A DNA stretch of 64,000 bases, taken from an uncultured Methanosarcinales archaeon (GTDB taxonomy: Archaea > Nanobdellota > Nanobdellia > Woesearchaeales > JABIAG01). The notes beneath the pieces were generated by a model. That model was not told the DNA's origin, made no database searches, and saw nothing but the letters and a program-made list of their open reading frames with translations. This document shows positions 38,228 to 48,702 of the stretch, one piece after another; position 1 is the first letter of the stretch; the number at the start of each line of letters is the position of its first letter. The position numbers were made by a program, and so were the translations under genes. The stretch is taken from contig CAZLQZ010000003.1 of NCBI GenBank assembly GCA_964561995.1, forward strand, positions 5,056-69,055, written 5' to 3'.

Positions 38228-41173
38228 ATGAATGAGTTACAACTGTGTTTAACTAACAAATGTAATATAGGATGCAAATACTGCCATATTGATAAATCCA
38301 AAATAAAAAACATCAGTTTAAAAGTTGTTAAAAAAACAGTTAAAGAAGCTAAAAAGAACAACATTGAGTACATAAGATTAACTGGAGGAAGTATTTTTGA
38401 ACATGAAAATTTAAATGAGATTATTAATTATATTAAAGAAAGCAAAATTAAAATTATTCTTAACATATCTTCAAAAGAATTACACAAATTATATCATTTT
38501 TATGATATTCTTTTAATTTCTTACTTAGGTGTTGAAGATTTAAAGAAATTAGAACAAAAAGAAGTAATGGGTTGCATCGTATTTCAAAAAAAATGGTTAA
38601 ATCACATTAAAGAAGTAGTGAATTTTGTAGAAGATAATAATTTCGTAAGTTTCTTTTTTTTAAGAGATACAAATGAAAACAGTAAAGAATATTTTAACGA
38701 TTATTGTGAGTTTATTGAAAGAATATGTAGATTGACAGATAAAATTACTTTTGCTAATGCATTCCCATTATGTTACATTTCTTTTAACAATATAAAGTAC
38801 TGTTCGGGAAGTAAGTTTGATAATGGAAACAAAAGAATGTACATTACCCAAGAAGGGAACATTAAAGCGTCATCATATTCTAAAGTATTGGGAAATGTAT
38901 TTGAAGATGATTTAAAAGAAATTTGGCAAGATAATAAAAAGAAAATAAATGAAGACTTTGAAAAAATTGAATTGTGCAAAAATTGTAAAATTAAAGATAT
39001 TTGCAAGGGCGGGATTCATAATGATTTAATAAAAGAAAATGTTTTTGAAAACAATTTTAAAACAAAATTACAAAAAAAGATAATAAAAGTTCTACCAGAA
39101 ACAAATTATAATGCAGATTTAAGACAACTGTATTATGAAAACTCTGATTTTTTTATGAGGTATATTCCCTTTAATATTATGAAAAAAGGAATCACACCAG
39201 AAATAAATAATGAAAAACTATCACTATATGTTCATTTCCCATTTTGTAAAGGTTTTTGTAAATTTTGCAAAATTGAAAAGTTAGAAAAAAGTGAAGAATA
39301 CATTCAAGACCTATTAAAAGATATTGAAAATAATAAAGAACTTATTCAAAATAATAAAATTGAAGCAATATATTTTGGAGGCGGGACACCCCAATTAATG
39401 GGTTTAAATAATGCCAAAAAAATATTTGAAAAACTATTTTCATACGTTAAAGAAGTTAAAGAAGTAAGTTTTGAAACATTTCCTGGTTATTATGATAACG
39501 AATTGTTTAAATATATTAAAAAATATGTAAATAGAATTAGCATAGGAGTTCAATGTTTTAATGATGAAATTCTTAAAAAAATGAATAGAAATTCTTCTAA
39601 AAGAGAAATCATTGATTTTATAAAAAAAATTAAACAACTAGGTTTTGAAACAATTAACTTTGATGTGATTTATGGACTATTTATCAACAACAAAGAAGAA
39701 TTTGAAAAAGATTTTAGAGAAATTTTGGAATATAATCCTGATCAAATTACCTTACAACCCTTACATTTCATTAAAGAAATAAAATATGAAGGAAATATTG
39801 AAAATGAGATTGAGCTAAATAAAACTGCAAGAAAAATATTAAAAGAAAAAGGTTTTAATCAAACAACAGGTGAAGATTTTTCTAAAGGAAAAAAATTTCT
39901 ATATCAAAAAAATCTACTAAATGACAATAATATACTGGGGTTAGGAAATAAAACATTTAGCATAATTAACAACACCCACCTGTGGAAAGAAAATGGCATT
40001 AAAAGTTATAAATCCACCCGTTTTGACCAATTATATAGTCGGTTATTTCTTAAATCAAGAACTTTAAACTTAAATATAGAGGAATTAAACAGCTATGAAA
40101 TTAATTATAAGACAATGTTCTCAGACAGTTTAAAGTATTTATTAAAATTAGATTGGATAATAATTAAGGACAATATAATTACAATAACAAAAGAAGGAAA
40201 AGAGTATGTAGATTTAATATCAAACATATTATCATTAAGTAATTTGGACTATAAAAAATCAATAGATAAAATAAACAAAGTAAAAATAGTAGCCCCAGCA
40301 AGTAATTTGAAAGATGTAGAAGAATATGAAAAATTAAAAGTTGATGAACTATATATAGGTTTAATTGATTCTGATGATAATAAATGGCATCAAATAAATA
40401 AAAGAAATGAAAATAATGCCAATTTTACAAACATTGAAGATATTAAAAAAATTAAAGAAATAAACAAATATTCAGAAGTTTCATTGACTTTAAATGCTTC
40501 TTTTTATAATAAAAAAGGAATTAAAAAAGTTAAAAAACAAATTGAAGAAACTAAAAATTATGTTGATAACTATATAATAGCAGACCCTTCAATAATCCCT
40601 TTAGTTAAAAAAACAGGAAAAGGAATTATTTTAAGTTGTATTTCTGCCACCATGAATTCGCAAGCAGTTAAGTTCTTTAAAGGATTGGGAGTTAAAAAAA
40701 TAATTCTTCCAAGACATCTTAATATTAAAGAAATTAAAAAGATAATAAGTGAAAACAAAGACATGGAATTTGAAGTTATGATTCTTAACCAATTTTGCAG
40801 AAATGTAGATGGTCTTTGTTCAAGATGCCACATTCCAAATGGAGAATATGCATTATCTAATTGTTACATTCCTTACAAAAGCAAAGTAATTAAACTAAAA
40901 GAATGTAACGATGAAACTGTAAAAAAAGTCCATCAAAACATTGCAAATATATTAACTAAATTTAATCCAGAATGTGGAATTTGTTTTATTGAAGAATTTG
41001 AAAAATACGGAATTGATAGTTTGAAAATAGTCGGAAGAGATCACTTAACTGAAAAGAAAATAAAAGACGTTAAACTAATTAAAGAAATTTTGAAAGGTTT
41101 AACTAAAGAAGAATGTAAAGATAAATTTGAAGAAAACTTTGGATTTAAATGCAACAACAATTGTTATTATTGA
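38228..41173 (+). CDS. Triple fusion: radical SAM/SPASM + HemN-like radical SAM + U32-family Fe-S protein
   Basis: CNIGCKYC plus CKNCKIKDICKGG; LYVHFPFCKGFCKFC, YFGGGTP, RISIGVQ; KIVAPA..ELYIG, IADP, IILPRHL, C..DGLCS, CGIC, LKIVGR. Confidence 0.88.
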   Translation: MNELQLCLTNKCNIGCKYCHIDKSKIKNISLKVVKKTVKEAKKNNIEYIRLTGGSIFEHENLNEIINYIKESKIKIILNISSKELHKLYHFYDILLISYLGVEDLKKLEQKEVMGCIVFQKKWLNHIKEVVNFVEDNNFVSFFFLRDTNENSKEYFNDYCEFIERICRLTDKITFANAFPLCYISFNNIKYCSGSKFDNGNKRMYITQEGNIKASSYSKVLGNVFEDDLKEIWQDNKKKINEDFEKIELCKNCKIKDICKGGIHNDLIKENVFENNFKTKLQKKIIKVLPETNYNADLRQLYYENSDFFMRYIPFNIMKKGITPEINNEKLSLYVHFPFCKGFCKFCKIEKLEKSEEYIQDLLKDIENNKELIQNNKIEAIYFGGGTPQLMGLNNAKKIFEKLFSYVKEVKEVSFETFPGYYDNELFKYIKKYVNRISIGVQCFNDEILKKMNRNSSKREIIDFIKKIKQLGFETINFDVIYGLFINNKEEFEKDFREILEYNPDQITLQPLHFIKEIKYEGNIENEIELNKTARKILKEKGFNQTTGEDFSKGKKFLYQKNLLNDNNILGLGNKTFSIINNTHLWKENGIKSYKSTRFDQLYSRLFLKSRTLNLNIEELNSYEINYKTMFSDSLKYLLKLDWIIIKDNIITITKEGKEYVDLISNILSLSNLDYKKSIDKINKVKIVAPASNLKDVEEYEKLKVDELYIGLIDSDDNKWHQINKRNENNANFTNIEDIKKIKEINKYSEVSLTLNASFYNKKGIKKVKKQIEETKNYVDNYIIADPSIIPLVKKTGKGIILSCISATMNSQAVKFFKGLGVKKIILPRHLNIKEIKKIISENKDMEFEVMILNQFCRNVDGLCSRCHIPNGEYALSNCYIPYKSKVIKLKECNDETVKKVHQNIANILTKFNPECGICFIEEFEKYGIDSLKIVGRDHLTEKKIKDVKLIKEILKGLTKEECKDKFEENFGFKCNNNCYY

Positions 41174-41217
41174 AATAATAATTCAATAAAAACTAGAAGA
41201 AATAAAGAAAAACCAAT

Positions 41218-42003
41218 ATGAAATACGGAATAAAAATTAACAACATCGAAGAAGATTTGAAAGGTCTAGACAAATATGATTTTGTTTATTTTGGAAGTGA
41301 ATTCTGTGAAAGAAAAATCCCGAATTTTGAATTTTGTAAAAAAGTATTTGAATTTTGTAATAAAAATAATAAAATACCCGTATTGTTGACTCCTTACTTA
41401 ACTGACAAGGGAATTAATACATTGAAAGATTTAATTTCAAGACTGCATATATTAAAAAAAGATTTTGAAATAACAATCAACGATTTTGGAATGATATACT
41501 TACTAAAAGAATTTCCAGAAATCAAAATTAATTGTGGAAGATTGTTAATTAAAATGAAGAAAGGACCAGAAATTATGTCTGGTGCATTAAATCAAAGTCC
41601 TGAAATGTTTAAAGATTCAAGTTTATCTAATAATTTATTCATAGATTTTATGAAAAATAACGGAATTAAAAGATTTGAAACAGATTTGCCACACCAAAGA
41701 TTAAACTTACCCAATGAAAAAATTACTGCTTATTTGGGAAATATAGTGATTAGCACAACAAGAAGATGTAATTTTATAGATTGTGAAAAAGAAATGCAAT
41801 ACCAAATTAAAGATTGTGAAAAAGAATGTTTAAAATATTGTGTTGTTAAAAATACCGAATTTCATGATGAATTAATATATGTAATGGGTAATGCTGAATT
41901 TTTAAAAAGTGATAAGGATAAAAACAGTATTAACAACGATAATATACTTGAAGGAAAATTTGACCGAATTGTTGAATTTCAAAAAATCACTAAAGTTCTT
42001 TAA
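41218..42003 (+). CDS. U32-family (UbiV-like) Fe-S partner protein
   Basis: YFGSEFCE, LLTPY, INDFG, GRLL.K, C-terminal RRC..C..C.KEC. Confidence 0.75.
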   Translation: MKYGIKINNIEEDLKGLDKYDFVYFGSEFCERKIPNFEFCKKVFEFCNKNNKIPVLLTPYLTDKGINTLKDLISRLHILKKDFEITINDFGMIYLLKEFPEIKINCGRLLIKMKKGPEIMSGALNQSPEMFKDSSLSNNLFIDFMKNNGIKRFETDLPHQRLNLPNEKITAYLGNIVISTTRRCNFIDCEKEMQYQIKDCEKECLKYCVVKNTEFHDELIYVMGNAEFLKSDKDKNSINNDNILEGKFDRIVEFQKITKVL

Positions 42004-42066
42004 TTTTATTATTTGAATTAAAAACAAACAAAACATTTTTATACCTGTTTTATTAAAAAGATATAA

Positions 42067-42891
42067 ATGAAAAATTATCTTAAATATATCTTATTATTCT
42101 TAATATTAATTATTGTAGTAACTTATGGTGTTTATTTTTTTAGCGAAACTCCACAAAAAAAACATCAAGATGTTTATATTAGTTTAAGCGATAATATGTT
42201 TTTACAATTTGAACCTGAAGTTCAAGAAACTTATAACGAATACTTTTCTGAAATAATTTCCTTAAAAAATGCAGAATATGATAAAGAAATTAAAGAATCC
42301 ATTGAAAAAGGAACAAAAGGAATCGAAACTTACAGAAACTATCACATTGTTGAAAAACGATTAGTAGTTAATCTCTATGAAGCAATGATTGATGAACTTA
42401 AAAATGAAGAAGTCGATAAAAATAAAATCGATTTACTTTTTCCAGCAATTGAGCGTCCAATAACTAAAAAAGGTTACATGGTTGGAGACCAACAACAATA
42501 CCTTGCAGAAGTAAAACAATTAGTTAAAGAAATAGAAAATGGAGATAAAAGTAAAATTCCTGAACTTCAAAAAAAATCAGAAGAAGTGATTGTAGTGTGT
42601 TTTGCTAAAGAACTTGCAGATTATGTGAAATTCAAAGAAAGAAATGATGAGTATAGTATGTCAATTGCGCTTTTAGAAATGGTTCTTTATTTTGATGGTT
42701 TAGACCACAGATTTAATGAGCAAGATTCAAAATACATTATGGCAACTAAAGATGCAGACAATCTACACACAATAAACACTACCAAGATTATTAACATTAT
42801 GAAGGCTGAATTCCCTAAATTTGAAAATTATCTTGATGAAAAAATAGAACAAACATTAACTGGCGAAGAACCAGAAGATGATGATAATTAA
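42067..42891 (+). CDS. Hypothetical membrane-anchored helical protein
   Basis: N-terminal TM, acidic helical body; family not recognised. Confidence 0.6.
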   Translation: MKNYLKYILLFLILIIVVTYGVYFFSETPQKKHQDVYISLSDNMFLQFEPEVQETYNEYFSEIISLKNAEYDKEIKESIEKGTKGIETYRNYHIVEKRLVVNLYEAMIDELKNEEVDKNKIDLLFPAIERPITKKGYMVGDQQQYLAEVKQLVKEIENGDKSKIPELQKKSEEVIVVCFAKELADYVKFKERNDEYSMSIALLEMVLYFDGLDHRFNEQDSKYIMATKDADNLHTINTTKIINIMKAEFPKFENYLDEKIEQTLTGEEPEDDDN

Positions 42892-42959
42892 ATTTCTTTA
42901 AAATAAGGTTTTAGGAAAAAGAAAAGTTTATATATTCTGATATTGAGAGTTAAATCAGT

Positions 42960-45900
42960 ATGGCTTTAAATAAGAAATTGTTTTTGTTATTAATAGTTCT
43001 AATAGTATCTTCATTAAGTGTTAGCGCATATTATAGGGAACTGGGACAAGGTTGCGTTGCAGGAGATTATTATGTTCCCTGTACTGGAGAATGTGAATGG
43101 CAATGTGATGGAAACGGTAACCTCGTTAAAATCTGTCAACAAGCACACGGATGGTGTTTTAATGATGATGGCAACACATGTTATTCTTGTGATTATGTTA
43201 GTGACGCAAATGAAGTTTGTGGAACAATTAATTGTTCTAACTTAAATTATAATGATGAAAGAAGTCAAATGTGTAGCTCGTTAGGAAATTTACTTGAAAC
43301 ACAGCACATATTTTCTTGTAACTCGGCTTTAAAAATGTGTAAAGAAGAACGAAGTGGAGACCCAGTTGAAGAATATTCAGGTGAATGTTGTCCAGCTCAA
43401 GGAATCATTAGTCAAGGATCTGGAACTATTTCCTCAGGACAATTTGATTCTTCATTTGATATGTATATTGATAAAAACCCATCAAATAATGACGAAATTA
43501 ATGGTTTAACTAATGAATTTCATAATGTAATTAATGCAAATAGATTAAAAGTATATTTTGAAGTTAGTTTTGATTCAACAGATAGTGATCAATATCCTTC
43601 TTCAGTTACATTAAGGGCTAGCGGTGACAAAACAACTAATGTGTTCCATCATTCTGCTGAATCATCAACAGGAACATTAAGTTTTCAAGGAATTTTGCCG
43701 AGTGGAACTAAAGAACTTAAAGTAATAAAAGATTGTCCAATTGATGATGGTAATAAAAATTGTCCTCTTGTTTCTTTTTCAGTATCTGTAGAATGTACTG
43801 AATGTGAAGACAAAGCATGGGCTTTTGATTATGATGGAGATGGTTATTATTCATTATTTACTGAAAATTCAAATGATTGTTTACCTCCTTATGAATCAAA
43901 CAGTTGTGAAGGTTTATTTCCTCTTGGTACTTGTTCTGGACCGTGTGTGGCATGTGAAAGTTCGATTTTCTGGACTTCTGTAACTTCAGATGAATTTAAC
44001 AACAAAATAGAAAAAGGATGTGAAGCTTCTGCAATTAGTCAAGATTGTTTAGATGCAGATAATGATGTATTAGATAATCCCGAGACACTTTATTGCGAAG
44101 ATAAAGATAACGATAAATATGGCAATCCAAATAAATGTGAATTAAGAAGTAGTTTAACATTAAGTGAAATCAACTCAAGAAGTATGAAAAAGATTTATGA
44201 TTTAATTGATAAAAATGATTGCGATGATAACTCTGTAACAGGAGCTTCTAAAAACCCAAACTCAACTTATGTATTAGATAATGACAGAGATGAAAATTGG
44301 GGAAGTTCAACAAAAAGTTGTAATGATCCGGATGGAATTGCAAACAAATGGCAATTGTATACTGATCAAGACTTTGATTGTGATGATGATGATGAATTTG
44401 TTTCATTTCCTAAATCTTGCAATTGTTATGATTATCAAGAAGGTTATACTTTAAGTGATAATTATAATAATGATTATTTTTGTTACAACATTACTAAAGA
44501 ATCTAGTACTCTTGCTATAGATGCAAACTCAGAATTTGAAATTAAAACAACACCTTCAAATTTGAAATGGGTTTTAGCAACAAAAAGAAAAGATCAAAAT
44601 GGTGCACAAATAGATTTTGCATGTCCACTAAATACTTGTCCTTTAACTTTAACAACAGAAAAGAAGTGTGTTGAAGTTGGAACCTTTTGGTCAGATGATG
44701 GAAGAGCAGAAATGGGTAACAATCTTTGTGAATTAAAAGATGAAAATGCAGAGTGGAGCTCAAGAATTGCAAAAGCAAGCTCTTTTTTAATTGCAGTAGG
44801 TGAAGCATCCAAAGAAGATTTTGTGGTTCATTGTGATGATTTTGATAACATTAAACATACTTATCAAGCATCCGAATTCCCAAAACCGGAAGATTTTGGT
44901 GTGGCAGATCTTGAAATTGAATGGCAAACATTAACTAATGAACCTGGCAACGTAGGAGAAGGATGTGTTTTAATAATTAATAAAGATTATACTAATGATA
45001 TTTCTTCAGGAAATAAACCAGGAGAAGATTCTCAAATTGTTGCAATAGCAGTACCATTTGTTCAAGATATTGCAGATAACTATCTAAGAATTGATTTTGA
45101 TGACCCTCGTCCAGAAGGTAACTGGTTAGTTCAAGACAGTTTATATGTTCATGAACCCTACAAATTGTTATTTATTTTAGAAGGACAAGGGGCAAACTCA
45201 GACTCATTAAAGGGCTGGTTTAATGAGATAATACAACCAAATAATGCCTTTTTAAACATGATAAGATTTTTAAGAAGTCCATTAAAACACCTTCAAGAAA
45301 TAATGAGTGAAGATCCAAGAATATCATTTTTTCAAGAAAACTCTTTTTTTAAATTTAACAAAATGTTTTTAGGAAAAGAATCAACAACCTATTTTTATTC
45401 AATATTAGAAAAACAATCTAATGATAATAATAAACTTACTGTGAAAATAACAAATCCAGAATATAATGAAGCAGAAAATGAAAAACTAAAAAAATTCATT
45501 TCAGATTCTTGTAATCCTGATAAAGGTTTTTTAAATAATCAAAATTTTGATTATTGTGCAGGAGTTGATAGTATAGAGGGAAACTTTGAAAATACAAAAA
45601 CTACAAACCTGGTTGGAGATGTTGTTGGTTTAACAATAGACGACCTCGATAATTCTGAAGGAAATTATTTATTTAATTATTTAAGCAGAAAAATTAGATT
45701 GCAAAATAATGACGAAGGAACTGCCAAGTTTTACACTTCTCAAAAAGAATGTACTGGTACAGACTTAAACACTTGTACTGAAAAGACTTGTTTTGAAGCA
45801 GTTGATTGTAGCGTAGGATTATGTATGTATGATGAAATAACTGTTTGTGATGATGGAACAGATGGTTGTTGTCCTTATGGTTGTAGCTTTGAAGATAACG

Positions 45901-47132
45901 ATTTAGATTGTGAAGCAGTCAATGAAGTAATTGGTTTTAATGTGAGATATGATAATTCATGTAATGACGATGAAGTTACGCTTCTTAGTATGTCGGATTC
46001 AGTTAATGGTCATGCTTCCTTACCTAATTCACCACAACAATTTAGCAATAAGATTTGTTTAAAACCTGACAAAGGAACTTTTACTGTTAATTCCGGTACA
46101 AGTTGTGCGGGTACAGAAGTTATTTCACTATATCAAACATCAGACAGCCACATCGGAATAAATGGACCACAAAAAATATGTCTTAGTCATTCACAATATT
46201 ATGTTTCTTGTTTAGTTGGAACAATTGAAGAATGCAATAGTTACAATATAATTACAAGTTTAACTGGTGAAACTAACGCTCACATTGGTGAAGAAAAATC
46301 ATATGATACTAAAATATGTTGTAAATTGATAGAAGCACAACCAGCAAAAAGATGTTATTCAAACTCAGATTGTGATGATACCAAATATTGTAATGGTCAA
46401 GAAACTTGTAACTCACAAACAAAAACATGTAATCCAGTTACACCTGTTGATTGCTCAAATAATAACATAGATGAAATTGAAGAATGTGATTATAATCCTG
46501 ACGGAATCAGCGCAACCATGGATTCTTTCCCTGCTTTCACTTCACAATGTGATGAAAGTATTGATGCATGTACTTCGACTCCTATTGAAATAACAAGCAC
46601 ATGCGATACTTCTTGCGATGCTCAATGTGTTGCAAATGCTGATTGTGATGATGAAGATGATTCCACTACAGATATATGTGAAAATGATTGTGTTTGTTCA
46701 AACATGAATACAGTTCATTTAATAGATGGTTGGAACTCATTATCTTTTCCAAGTAATACTCAAATAACAGTAAATGAACTTGAAGAACAATGTCCAGAGG
46801 TTACAGGTTCAATATGGTATTTTGAATCCAGTTCATACAAAGAAGAAGAAGTGAAATTTAACCCTGAAAACGGCTATTGGATTTATTCAAAATCAGAATG
46901 TGACTTTAAAATGATTTTTGATTATGATTTCGAGGATGTTAGTTTAGAATCTGGTTGGAACTTTATTGGATCTGATTCTCAATTAGAAAGTCTTAATTCT
47001 ATTTATAGACAAGAAATTGTTGGTCCAGGATGGGTTTACAATGGTGAAACATACGAAAGTACTGAAGATTTAATACCTGGAAAAGGAACTTGGGTAACAA
47101 CAGCAGGTGGAAGTCCACCGTCGAGTCCTTAA
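42960..47132 (+). CDS. Large secreted Cys/Asp-rich surface protein (1390 aa)
   Basis: Signal peptide VSA|Y; DxDxDG/DCDD metal-binding motifs; 3x SL...N/S.H...KIC repeats; two C-terminal GWN...W...P..G.W repeats. Confidence 0.78.
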   Translation: MALNKKLFLLLIVLIVSSLSVSAYYRELGQGCVAGDYYVPCTGECEWQCDGNGNLVKICQQAHGWCFNDDGNTCYSCDYVSDANEVCGTINCSNLNYNDERSQMCSSLGNLLETQHIFSCNSALKMCKEERSGDPVEEYSGECCPAQGIISQGSGTISSGQFDSSFDMYIDKNPSNNDEINGLTNEFHNVINANRLKVYFEVSFDSTDSDQYPSSVTLRASGDKTTNVFHHSAESSTGTLSFQGILPSGTKELKVIKDCPIDDGNKNCPLVSFSVSVECTECEDKAWAFDYDGDGYYSLFTENSNDCLPPYESNSCEGLFPLGTCSGPCVACESSIFWTSVTSDEFNNKIEKGCEASAISQDCLDADNDVLDNPETLYCEDKDNDKYGNPNKCELRSSLTLSEINSRSMKKIYDLIDKNDCDDNSVTGASKNPNSTYVLDNDRDENWGSSTKSCNDPDGIANKWQLYTDQDFDCDDDDEFVSFPKSCNCYDYQEGYTLSDNYNNDYFCYNITKESSTLAIDANSEFEIKTTPSNLKWVLATKRKDQNGAQIDFACPLNTCPLTLTTEKKCVEVGTFWSDDGRAEMGNNLCELKDENAEWSSRIAKASSFLIAVGEASKEDFVVHCDDFDNIKHTYQASEFPKPEDFGVADLEIEWQTLTNEPGNVGEGCVLIINKDYTNDISSGNKPGEDSQIVAIAVPFVQDIADNYLRIDFDDPRPEGNWLVQDSLYVHEPYKLLFILEGQGANSDSLKGWFNEIIQPNNAFLNMIRFLRSPLKHLQEIMSEDPRISFFQENSFFKFNKMFLGKESTTYFYSILEKQSNDNNKLTVKITNPEYNEAENEKLKKFISDSCNPDKGFLNNQNFDYCAGVDSIEGNFENTKTTNLVGDVVGLTIDDLDNSEGNYLFNYLSRKIRLQNNDEGTAKFYTSQKECTGTDLNTCTEKTCFEAVDCSVGLCMYDEITVCDDGTDGCCPYGCSFEDNDLDCEAVNEVIGFNVRYDNSCNDDEVTLLSMSDSVNGHASLPNSPQQFSNKICLKPDKGTFTVNSGTSCAGTEVISLYQTSDSHIGINGPQKICLSHSQYYVSCLVGTIEECNSYNIITSLTGETNAHIGEEKSYDTKICCKLIEAQPAKRCYSNSDCDDTKYCNGQETCNSQTKTCNPVTPVDCSNNNIDEIEECDYNPDGISATMDSFPAFTSQCDESIDACTSTPIEITSTCDTSCDAQCVANADCDDEDDSTTDICENDCVCSNMNTVHLIDGWNSLSFPSNTQITVNELEEQCPEVTGSIWYFESSSYKEEEVKFNPENGYWIYSKSECDFKMIFDYDFEDVSLESGWNFIGSDSQLESLNSIYRQEIVGPGWVYNGETYESTEDLIPGKGTWVTTAGGSPPSSP

Positions 47133-47141
47133 TTAAATTTC

Positions 47142-47345
47142 TTAATAAGAACTATGATTTGCATGTCTAATAAAATTTTCTTCATAATTAGCAGTCCAAT
47201 CACTAGTTTCAACAGCAGAAACACTTGTTGCAAATAAAGTAGTAGCAGCAATTAAACTTAAAGAAACTACGGCCTTTTTACTTATTTTTCCTTCTTCGTT
47301 TGAAAGAAACATACCGACCTTCTTTTTAATCTTAGGCAAATTCAT
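47142..47345 (-). CDS. hxsA: His-Xaa-Ser system precursor peptide (HxsA-like)
   Basis: 67 aa directly downstream of hxsB, ending ...RHANHSSY; start reset to MNLPK. Confidence 0.72.
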   Translation of the reverse strand: MNLPKIKKKVGMFLSNEEGKISKKAVVSLSLIAATTLFATSVSAVETSDWTANYEENFIRHANHSSY

Positions 47346-47370
47346 AATAGTTAAAATAATAATATTATAT

Positions 47371-48702
47371 TTAAACTTTTCCATCTAACCATTGCATAAA
47401 TACTTCTTTAGACTTTAAATCTCGCAACTTTTCAAAAATATAATCAAATTGAGCCATATGTAATTTGCACCAATTGCTAGTAGGAATACAACCTATTATA
47501 GACCCCTGGTCTGCATAATTTAAAACAGGACATACACCACAAAACGGCTTATAAACACAACTATTACAAACATAAGAGTCATTTATTGAACTACTAATGA
47601 TTGTTTTAGCTTTGTCTGAAGTTGTTAAATTCTTTAATTTATCTTTACAACTTCCAATACAAAACAAATCATCATTTAACATCCTGCCTTCATCGCAAGT
47701 ATAAATTTTACCATCATAATTGTATAAAACTTGCCCAATTATTGCACCACAGGGACTTCTTAAATCCAAATAATTAGGTTCCTTACCAAATATCTTTTGA
47801 AGAATTATTAATGCTTTTCTTTCTTTAATATTAATACCCTCAATATTCTTTTGAATTATATAATCAACAGACTTTTTCCAAAATTCAATGAATTCTTCAA
47901 CACTATAATAAATATCAACATTATCTCTTGCATCACCTAATCTGTTAAGATTTCTTAAATGGATAGATAATATATTATTTTTGATATATTCATCAATAAT
48001 TTCTTTATAGTAATTTAATGAGTCTTTAGTTACTGTAACTAAAGCATCAATATGATTGATTTTTTTAATCCATTTTATAGTTTCACTATATTGGAAACGG
48101 TTTTTATTATGAATTAATTCTGGACCATCTAATGAAGTACAAATTCCCACATTATTTTTCACTAAAAAATCTAATTTTTCATCAGTCATCAAAACAAGAT
48201 TTGATACTAATGAGAATTTGATATTTTTATCTTGTTTTCTTTTGTTTACTTCATCAATAATATGTTTTAATACTTCGAAATTCAATAATGGTTCCCCACC
48301 TTGAAACTCAATATTTAAACTGTTAGAATTTGATTGAAAAATTAAATCAATTACTTTGTTAGCAGTTTCAACAGTCATATCATAATTTGCTTCATTAACT
48401 GGTTTAGAACTTGCATGACAATATACACAATTGTGATTACATCTTAAAGATAAAATAATTATATGTAAAGATGGACCATTGAACAAAAATTGTTTTGATT
48501 TTCTTAAATCTTTTTTGATTTGTTCTTTATTATTGTCAGTTATAATTAATCCTTTTTCTTCTAATTGATTCAAAGTTTCACTAGAGAGATTATTTAACTC
48601 ATTTTTATCTATAAACATCCAACTACCTTGATCTGAAGTTAACAAATAATCGTCTTTTAAATTACCTTTTACATATAATTTACTTTTATAATTCTTTATC
48701 AT
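47371..48702 (-). CDS. hxsB: His-Xaa-Ser system radical SAM/SPASM maturase HxsB
   Basis: GPSLHIII.SLRCNHNCVYCHAS, IEFQGGEPLLNF, TSLDGP..IHNKNR, DLRSPCGA..GQ..YNYDG..YTCDEGRM, C..C.YKPFCGVCPV. Confidence 0.9.
   Translation of the reverse strand: MIKNYKSKLYVKGNLKDDYLLTSDQGSWMFIDKNELNNLSSETLNQLEEKGLIITDNNKEQIKKDLRKSKQFLFNGPSLHIIILSLRCNHNCVYCHASSKPVNEANYDMTVETANKVIDLIFQSNSNSLNIEFQGGEPLLNFEVLKHIIDEVNKRKQDKNIKFSLVSNLVLMTDEKLDFLVKNNVGICTSLDGPELIHNKNRFQYSETIKWIKKINHIDALVTVTKDSLNYYKEIIDEYIKNNILSIHLRNLNRLGDARDNVDIYYSVEEFIEFWKKSVDYIIQKNIEGINIKERKALIILQKIFGKEPNYLDLRSPCGAIIGQVLYNYDGKIYTCDEGRMLNDDLFCIGSCKDKLKNLTTSDKAKTIISSSINDSYVCNSCVYKPFCGVCPVLNYADQGSIIGCIPTSNWCKLHMAQFDYIFEKLRDLKSKEVFMQWLDGKV

Noticed and set aside
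39100..40260. HemN/HemW as a heme pathway gene
   Set aside because: Fused within a multi-domain protein with no tetrapyrrole genes nearby; only the fold is supported.
40270..42003. U32 proteins as collagenase-type leader proteases
   Set aside because: Characterised U32 members are Fe-S hydroxylation factors, and the Cys ligands are present here.
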